Part shown: positions 57,642 to 64,000 of the stretch, piece after piece
How the letters are laid out: every line of letters starts with the position of its first letter
How positions within the stretch are numbered: position 1 is the stretch's first letter
Assembly (NCBI GenBank): GCA_019747905.1
Contig: JAIEQG010000087.1
Span: forward strand, 71,905-135,904
DNA: 64,000 bases
Direction of reading: 5' to 3'
DNA from: Burkholderiales bacterium
GTDB lineage: Bacteria > Pseudomonadota > Gammaproteobacteria > Burkholderiales > Ga0077523
The notes under the pieces: model-generated
Seen by the model: only the letters and a program-made list of their open reading frames with translations
Databases searched by the model: none
Told to the model about the DNA's origin: nothing
Translations under genes and position numbers: made by a program

Positions 57642-58820
57642 ATGCGGGGCAATCGTTCGTTCGGTGTCTTCTACGTGATCGGGATCGTCCTGATCGCGTT
57701 GGCCGCCGGTGCCTGGTGGTACTTCCTGAAGGGTCGCGAAGGCAAGGAGGCCGAGGAGGCCAGGACCAAGGCGGCCCAGCTTGCCGCCGGACCGAACGTG
57801 ACGGTCGCCAAGTCGCAGCGCGGGCCGAACGTGCGGCGACTCACGCTGGTCGGCGAAGCGCTGCCGGTGAAATCGACGACGCTGTACAGCAAGGTGGGCG
57901 GATACCTCACGCGCATCAACGTCGACGTGGGCGACCGGGTGTCGCCCGGACAGGTGATCGCCGAGATCCAGTCCCCCGAACTCGACGCGCAGATAGCCAC
58001 CATCACATCGTCGCTCGACAACAAGCGCCAGATCGCGCGGCGCACCGAGGATCTCGCGAAACAGGGTTTCTACTCCCAGCAGACGCTCGACAATGCCAAC
58101 ACGGAAGTGCGCGTCGCCGAATCGCAGATCAACGAGATCAAGACCCTCGCCACCTATCGCACGATCCGCGCGCCGTTCGCCGGCGTGGTGACCGGGCGGT
58201 TCGCCGACCCCGGGGCGCTGGTCACCAACGCAGCCAGCAACCAGACGGCGGCGCTGCCGCTGGTGACCGTTGCCGATATCTCGCGCCTCAAGGTGACGGT
58301 GTACGTGGAACAGGCCGATGCGCCCTACGTGAAGCCCGGGCTCGATGTCGAAGTAGTCGATGCAGCGGTACCGGATCGCAAGGTCACGGCCAAGGTGATC
58401 CGCGTTTCCGGCGAACTCGATGCCCGCACGCGGACGCTGCGTACGGAAGTGGAATTCGACAACAAGGATCGAACCTTCGTTGCGGGCAGTTTCGTCAACG
58501 CGTCGCTGCTGATCCCGGCCACGAGCTTCATCGAAGTGCCGGCAGGTGCGTTGATCAATCGTGACAAGAAGACCTGGGTGGCGACGCTCGACAGCGAGAA
58601 CAAGGTGCACCTCGTGCCGATCACCATGGCAGGGACCGACGGCAAGGTGTTGCGCATCGCCGCCGGGCTCGACGAAGGCGTCACCGTGGTGGTGAGCCCG
58701 CCTGCCGGTCTCACCGATGGCGCGAAGGTCAATCCGCAACAGCCTCCCGGGGTACCCCAAGCGCAGCCCAAGCCGGCAGATGCGAAGCCGGTGGCCGTGC
58801 AACCCGCACAGAAGAACTAG
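57642..58820 (+). CDS. RND efflux periplasmic adaptor (membrane fusion protein, HlyD_D23-like)
   Basis: AGGAG RBS at 57631-57635. One N-terminal TM helix, a lipoyl-like segment (VGGYLTRINVDVGDRVSPGQVIAEIQSPEL), a coiled-coil hairpin, then IRAPFAGVVT.R..DPGALV and beta-barrel segments. The tail is Pro/Ala/Lys-rich. Confidence 0.8.
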   Translation: MRGNRSFGVFYVIGIVLIALAAGAWWYFLKGREGKEAEEARTKAAQLAAGPNVTVAKSQRGPNVRRLTLVGEALPVKSTTLYSKVGGYLTRINVDVGDRVSPGQVIAEIQSPELDAQIATITSSLDNKRQIARRTEDLAKQGFYSQQTLDNANTEVRVAESQINEIKTLATYRTIRAPFAGVVTGRFADPGALVTNAASNQTAALPLVTVADISRLKVTVYVEQADAPYVKPGLDVEVVDAAVPDRKVTAKVIRVSGELDARTRTLRTEVEFDNKDRTFVAGSFVNASLLIPATSFIEVPAGALINRDKKTWVATLDSENKVHLVPITMAGTDGKVLRIAAGLDEGVTVVVSPPAGLTDGAKVNPQQPPGVPQAQPKPADAKPVAVQPAQKN

Positions 58821-58854
58821 CTGCTGGTTGCGCTTGCCGGGTCGGGCCGACGGG

Positions 58855-61602
58855 TCAGGCCGAGGCCAGGACTGGCGTCAACCCGAGCCGCACATCCCGG
58901 CGCAGCAGATCTTCGATGTCGACAGCCACCCGCGGGTGACTGAAGAGATACCCTTGAATCTCGTCGCAGCCGAGCGCGGCCAGGAACTCCAGTTGTGCCT
59001 GCGTTTCCACGCCCTCGGCGACCACCTTGAGCCGCAGGCTGTGCGCCAGTGCGATGACCGCTCGGGCGATCGCGGCGTCATCGTGGTCGTGCGGCACGTC
59101 GCGTACGAACGAGCGATCGATCTTGAGGCTGTCGATGGGCAGCCGCTTCAGGTAGGCAAGCGAAGAATAGCCGGTGCCGAAGTCGTCCACTGCGATGCCG
59201 ACCCCGATGTCCTTCAAGCTCTTCAACTGCTTCGCGACGTGCTTGATGTTCTTCATCATGACGCTTTCGGTGATCTCGAGTTCCAGGCACTGGGGATCGA
59301 TGCCGGTCACCTGGATCACTTCGCGAATCTCGTCGACCAGGTGGGCGCCGTAGAACTGGCGCGCCGACAGGTTGACCGCCATCCGTAATCGCGGCAAGCC
59401 GCGCTTGCGCCAGCCGTGTGCTTGCGCGCACGCACTGCCGAGCACCCACGAGCCGAGGGTGCCGATGAGTCCGGTCTCCTCGGCCAGCGCGATGAACTGG
59501 CCGGGCGGGACCAGACCTTCCGGAGTCGACCAGCGGACCAGGGCTTCCACGCCGGTGATGCGGCCGTCGACGACCGAGACCTGAGGCTGGTAGTGCAGCA
59601 CGAACTGGCGCAACTCCATCACGGCGCGCCGCAGCCGTGCTTCGAGGGAAAGCACGTCGATCGCCGGGACATGGGGTTGCGAGGAGAAGAACTCGAAGGT
59701 GTTCTTGCCCTGCTCCTTCGCGCGGTACATCGCGATGTCGGCGTGCTTCAGGAGTGTCTGCGCGTCGAGACCGTCGGCGGGATAGCTCGCGATGCCGATG
59801 CTGGCCGAGAGCAGGAACTCGCGATTCGCGGCCACGATCGGCTGCTCGATGGTGCGCAGCAGCTTGCGACACAGCTCCGGCATCCGGTCAGGATGCTCGA
59901 GTTCCTCGATCAGGATGACGAATTCGTCGCCGCCCAGCCGTGCGGTGAGATCGGCGGCGCGCATGGTACCCACCAGGCGCCGGCCGATCTCGCGCAACAC
60001 CTCGTCACCCACGTCGTGACCCAGGCTGTCGTTGATGTTCTTGAAGCGGTCGAGGTCGATGAACAGGACGGCGAGCCGCTTGCCCCAGCGTTCCGCACGC
60101 GACAGCGCGTGGGTGAGCTGCGCCGTGAACAGGGCACGATTGGCAAGCCCGGTCAGCTCGTCGTAGTGCGCCATGTGGCGGATGCGTTCTTCGGCCGCGC
60201 GCCGGCTGCTGATGTCCTGCAGCGAACCGGACGCCTTCACAGGTCGGCCGCGTGTACCCATCTGGGCCGCGCCGGTGGCGCGGGTCCAGATGCGGCGCCC
60301 CTTGGCGGTGATGAGTTCCAGCTCGATGTCCCAGGACTTGCCGTCGTTCAAGGTCGATTCGAACGCGTCGCGGATCGTGGTCCGGGCTTCCGGTGCGAAG
60401 AACTCGAGAGCGGAATCGAGTGTCGGCACGTAGTCCGCCGGCGCGACCTCGTGAATGCGGTACATCTCGGCGCTCCAGTACAGGTGGCCCGAGGCGATGT
60501 CGATCTCCCAACCGCCGACGCTGGCCGCGCGCTGCGTTGCTTCGAGGAGCACGGTTTGCCGGTGCAGCTCCGCTTCGCGCGAGAGCAGGATCGATTCCGC
60601 GAGATCGCGCCGCGCGGTCTCCTGGCGCTGGATGCGCACACTCCACACACCAGCGAACGTGACGACGCTCAACAACAGGCCGAAAAGGACGAAGGGGACC
60701 TGCACACGATGGCGCCACGCAGTCCAGACTACTTCCATCGGTACGGTCAGGTACGCTGTCATCGGCTGGGAACTGAGGCGCCGGAAGGCGAGCAGGCGAC
60801 GGTTGCCGGCGATGCTGCTCACGCCTTCGGCAATTCCGGCTTGCGGGTAGCCGTCGCGCTCCAGCAGCTCGGTCAGGTAGCTGCCGTGCCGTTCGCCGTA
60901 GACCTTGGCCGGGTCAGCCACGAGCGGCAGTCGGCTTTGCAGGTAGCTGTCGTCGCGCAGCAGGCCGATCACCGAGCCTTCGGGCAGCGAAACCCCGCGC
61001 CACAGCGCCTGCTGGTCCGCGAGGCGCAAGGCAGCGGAGAGCACGTAGCTGACCTCGCCATCGCTCCCCGACTCGCGCAGGCGCATGCTCATGACCCATT
61101 CGCCCAGGATGACCCCATAGAACGGGCGACCGACGGATACGCCGTCGATGGTCAGGGCCCGTTCGAAGTCCGCGCGGAAGGTCGGATTGGTCATGGGGTT
61201 GGCGGCCACGATGCGGTCGTCGGTGAAGGTCGAGACCAGCACGTGCCCATCGGGTGACAGCATGTTGACCGCGGCGAGTTCCGTCGCCTGGCTGTGGAAC
61301 CGGGCGAGAACCTTGTGTACGGCCGGCAGGTTCCTGAGCCCCCCCGCGGTTCGCACATCGACTGCGAGGGTCGGCAGTTGTTCGGCGTAGCGGCGGAAGA
61401 ACACGTCGCAGGAGCGCGCCGCGAGATCGACGAGATTGGCGAGCTGACCAGCCTGTTCTTCCTTGACCGTGCGCCACGCGTAGACGGCGAACACGACCCA
61501 CAGTACGAGCACCAGCACGACGATGCTCGCGAAGCTGGCCTTCAAGCGTCGCGTCGAGCGCGAAGTGGCAGGGGGTGCGGTCGCTGGGGCGTTTGCGGTC
61601 AC
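58855..61602 (-). CDS. Membrane sensor protein with periplasmic domain, PAS, GGDEF and EAL domains (c-di-GMP turnover)
   Basis: 915 aa with a GTG start. It has a TM helix, a periplasmic region of about 270 aa and a second TM helix. These are followed by a PAS-like segment (GGWEIDIASGHLYWSAEMYRIHEV...), GGDEF (RLGGDEFVILIEE) and EAL motifs (EALVRW, DDFGTGYSSLAYLKRLPIDSLKIDRSF, AEGVET). Confidence 0.9.
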   Translation of the reverse strand: MTANAPATAPPATSRSTRRLKASFASIVVLVLVLWVVFAVYAWRTVKEEQAGQLANLVDLAARSCDVFFRRYAEQLPTLAVDVRTAGGLRNLPAVHKVLARFHSQATELAAVNMLSPDGHVLVSTFTDDRIVAANPMTNPTFRADFERALTIDGVSVGRPFYGVILGEWVMSMRLRESGSDGEVSYVLSAALRLADQQALWRGVSLPEGSVIGLLRDDSYLQSRLPLVADPAKVYGERHGSYLTELLERDGYPQAGIAEGVSSIAGNRRLLAFRRLSSQPMTAYLTVPMEVVWTAWRHRVQVPFVLFGLLLSVVTFAGVWSVRIQRQETARRDLAESILLSREAELHRQTVLLEATQRAASVGGWEIDIASGHLYWSAEMYRIHEVAPADYVPTLDSALEFFAPEARTTIRDAFESTLNDGKSWDIELELITAKGRRIWTRATGAAQMGTRGRPVKASGSLQDISSRRAAEERIRHMAHYDELTGLANRALFTAQLTHALSRAERWGKRLAVLFIDLDRFKNINDSLGHDVGDEVLREIGRRLVGTMRAADLTARLGGDEFVILIEELEHPDRMPELCRKLLRTIEQPIVAANREFLLSASIGIASYPADGLDAQTLLKHADIAMYRAKEQGKNTFEFFSSQPHVPAIDVLSLEARLRRAVMELRQFVLHYQPQVSVVDGRITGVEALVRWSTPEGLVPPGQFIALAEETGLIGTLGSWVLGSACAQAHGWRKRGLPRLRMAVNLSARQFYGAHLVDEIREVIQVTGIDPQCLELEITESVMMKNIKHVAKQLKSLKDIGVGIAVDDFGTGYSSLAYLKRLPIDSLKIDRSFVRDVPHDHDDAAIARAVIALAHSLRLKVVAEGVETQAQLEFLAALGCDEIQGYLFSHPRVAVDIEDLLRRDVRLGLTPVLASA

Positions 61603-61639
61603 GGCTTGTCGGGGTTCCGTGCAGTGGGGCTGTTTCGTC

Positions 61640-64000
61640 CTAGGCGGCGTCGCGTACCGATGGCATGGGCAGGCGGGTGCCTCGGCGCAGCAGTTCCTCC
61701 AACTCGGCGGGCGGCAGTGGTTTGCTGAAGAGATAGCCCTGGATCTGGTCGCAGCCCAGGTCGCGCAGGAAATCGAGTTGCGCCTCGGTTTCCACGCCCT
61801 CGGCCACCACCTCCAGCCGCAGGCTGTGCGCGAGCGCGATGACGGCGCGCGTGATGGTGGCTTCGTCCGAATCGGCCAGCACGTCCTGCACGAACGAGCG
61901 ATCCACCTTCAGGCTGTCGATGGGCAGGCGCTTCAGGTAGGAGAGCGACGAATACCCGGTGCCGAAATCGTCGATAGCGATGTGCAGTCCGAGCCGCTTC
62001 AGCTCGGCCAGGCGCTCGGCCATCTGCTGCACGTTCTGCATCATGACGCTCTCGGTGATCTCGAGTTCGAGCGCGCCCGGGTCCACGCCGGTCTCGGCGA
62101 GGAGTTCTCGCACCTGGGTCACGAAATCGTCGGCGTAGAGCTGCCGGGCGGAGATGTTCACCGCGACGCGCAGCGGCGGCAGTCCGGCTGCTCGCCACGC
62201 GAGTACCTGGCGGGCTGCCGACTGCAGCACCCATTGCCCGATCGCACCGATCAGGCCGGTCTCCTCGGCGAGCGGGATGAACTCCGCCGGCGGTACCATG
62301 CCGCGGTCGGGAGAAGCCCAGCGCACCAGCGCCTCGACCCCGGTGATGTGCCCGCGCACGACCGAGATCTTCGGCTGGTAGTGCAGCACGAACTGGGTCA
62401 TGTCGCTCATCGCGCGCTTCAGGCGCGACTCGAGGGACAGGCGATCCACGTTCACGTTGTCGTGGCGCGAGGTGTAGAACTCGAACGTGTTCTTGCCGCG
62501 TTCCTTGGCGCGATACATCGCGATGTCGGCGTGCTTCACCAGAGTCTGCATGTCGCGGCCGTCGGTCGGGAACGTCGCGATGCCGACGCTGCCGGTCAGG
62601 ATGAACTCCTGGCCCTGCGCGAACACCGGTTCCTCGATCCGCGTCAGCAGCTTGCGGGCGACTTCGGCTGCGTCTTCCGGCGTACCGACTTCCTCGGCGA
62701 TCACGACGAACTCGTCGCCACCGAAGCGTGCGACCAGATCCGCCGCGCGCACGGCCTCGGTGAGCCGGCGGCCGATGATCTTGAGCACCGCATCGCCGAC
62801 GTCGTGACCGAGCGTGTCGTTGATGATCTTGAATCGATCGAGATCGATGAACAGCAGACAGAAGCGCTTGTTGTAGCGGTCGGCATGCGACAGGGCGCGC
62901 GCCAGGTGATAACCGAACAGGTTGCGGTTCGCGAGGCCGGTGAGATCGTCGTAGTGCGCGAGGCGCCGGATGCGTTCGTCGGCCCGTCGGCGGTCGGTCA
63001 CGTCCTGCAGCGCGCCCGACAGGCGCACCGGCATGCCGTTCGCGCCCAGCTCCGCGGCCCCGGTGGCGCGCACCCAGATACGGCGGCCGCGAGCCGTGAC
63101 CAACTCGAGTTCGAGGTCCCAGGGATCACCGATGCGCATCGCGGCTTCCACCGCGGCGCGCATGGTGCCGCGGCTTTCGGGGGCGTAGAACTCGATGGCG
63201 CTCTCGACCGTGGGTTGGAGGTCCGCGGGCGAGATTTCGTGGATGCGGTAGGTCTCTTCGGTCCAGTAGAGCTGGTTGCTGGCGATGTCGAGCTCCCACC
63301 CGCCGATGTGCGCCGCGTGCTGGGTCTGGGCCAGCAGCGCGGTCTGGCGCTTGAGTTCGGCGGCACCGGTGCGCAGCGCGGTCTCCGCGAGATCGCGTTC
63401 GCGTTCGCGGGCCACCTGCTGGTTGCTGGTCCAGGCGGCGGCGAAGACCAGGCCGGCGAGCGCCAGGGCGAAGAGTACGAAGGGAACTTGCACGCGTTCG
63501 CGCCAGGCTGACCAGAACGCCGCGCGCGGGACGGTGAGGTACGCCGCAACCGGGTAGTCCGCCAGGCGCTGGAACGTGGTGATCCGGGGCACGTGGTCGA
63601 CGCCGCCGATCGCATCGACCTCACCGGATTCCGGAAAGCCGTGCTCGGACATGTACTGCCAGACAGCCGACTTGCCCGGTGCGGCATAGAACTCCATCGG
63701 GCTCGCCGGCAGCGGCAGCCGCGAGAGCGGAAACCCGTCATTGCGCACGAGCCCGATCGCCGCCTCCTGAGGCAGGCGCAGGCCGCGCCAGAGCGTTTGC
63801 TGGTTGTCGAGGCGGACCACGGCCGAAATGACGAACGCCGTGCGCCCGGTGCGCGGGTCGAGCACGCGCATGCGCAACGGGATGATCCAGTCCTGCACGA
63901 ACACGCCGTACATCGCACGGCCAACGACCAGGCCATCGCGCCGGAGGGCATCCGCAAAGCCGTCACTGAACGCGGTGTCGGTGCGAAAGCGTGCGACCGC
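61640..64000 (-). CDS. Paralogous sensor PAS-GGDEF-EAL protein; 5' end beyond the window
   Basis: The frame stays open to base 64000 (AVARFRTDTAFSDGFADALRRDGLVVGRAMYGV...). This aligns with aa 130-165 of the neighbouring paralog, so the listed Met at 63913 is internal. GGDEF (RFGGDEFVVIAEE) and EAL (EALVRW, DDFGTGYSSLSYLKRLPIDSLKVDRSF) are intact. Confidence 0.9.
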   Translation of the reverse strand, partial: AVARFRTDTAFSDGFADALRRDGLVVGRAMYGVFVQDWIIPLRMRVLDPRTGRTAFVISAVVRLDNQQTLWRGLRLPQEAAIGLVRNDGFPLSRLPLPASPMEFYAAPGKSAVWQYMSEHGFPESGEVDAIGGVDHVPRITTFQRLADYPVAAYLTVPRAAFWSAWRERVQVPFVLFALALAGLVFAAAWTSNQQVARERERDLAETALRTGAAELKRQTALLAQTQHAAHIGGWELDIASNQLYWTEETYRIHEISPADLQPTVESAIEFYAPESRGTMRAAVEAAMRIGDPWDLELELVTARGRRIWVRATGAAELGANGMPVRLSGALQDVTDRRRADERIRRLAHYDDLTGLANRNLFGYHLARALSHADRYNKRFCLLFIDLDRFKIINDTLGHDVGDAVLKIIGRRLTEAVRAADLVARFGGDEFVVIAEEVGTPEDAAEVARKLLTRIEEPVFAQGQEFILTGSVGIATFPTDGRDMQTLVKHADIAMYRAKERGKNTFEFYTSRHDNVNVDRLSLESRLKRAMSDMTQFVLHYQPKISVVRGHITGVEALVRWASPDRGMVPPAEFIPLAEETGLIGAIGQWVLQSAARQVLAWRAAGLPPLRVAVNISARQLYADDFVTQVRELLAETGVDPGALELEITESVMMQNVQQMAERLAELKRLGLHIAIDDFGTGYSSLSYLKRLPIDSLKVDRSFVQDVLADSDEATITRAVIALAHSLRLEVVAEGVETEAQLDFLRDLGCDQIQGYLFSKPLPPAELEELLRRGTRLPMPSVRDAA

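Overview
This is a high-GC chromosomal window from a Gram-negative bacterium, and by gene content and synteny it is probably a beta- or gamma-proteobacterium. More than half of it (13906-49413, + strand) is one uninterrupted 35.5-kb ORF encoding an 11,835-aa mosaic protein. That protein has an N-terminal LEPR-XLL-like motif instead of a Sec signal, followed by 20 pre-peptidase-C-terminal (PPC)-like domains arranged as 10 alternating A/B pairs. The PPC region carries one ConA-like and three LamG-like inserts. Next come 17 tandem CARDB-like repeats, 9 cadherin-like/He_PIG repeats, two beta-propeller regions and a short YD/Rhs-like fragment. The C-terminal third has a lipase-like GxSxG...LD module, an HExxHxxGxxD zincin-like module, PKD/cadherin-like repeats and cohesin-/dockerin-like modules. 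I saw no RTX repeats, no PEP-CTERM tail and no adjacent type I secretion genes. The only two PEP-CTERM (exosortase-substrate) genes in the window lie on either side of the giant gene, at 6959-7873 and 49556-50212. Each carries a near-consensus sigma54 -24/-12 element ending 47-48 nt before its start codon. A prsT-like TPR lipoprotein gene lies to the left. The left flank also holds the tail of a ThiF-like gene, GC-rich palindromic repeats, and a LolD-like ATPase, DUF1302-like OMP and LolA-like protein with no permease. It further holds a decayed IS3-family element (two nonsense mutations and one frameshift), tRNA-Phe(GAA), a GT-C-type membrane glycosyltransferase and a NitT/TauT-type ABC importer. 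The right flank is housekeeping (hemA-prfA-prmC-grxD). It is followed by an RND pump gene with its adaptor gene downstream, and two tandem paralogous sensor GGDEF-EAL genes, the second running off the window. All domain and family names are motif recognition by eye and no searches were run.
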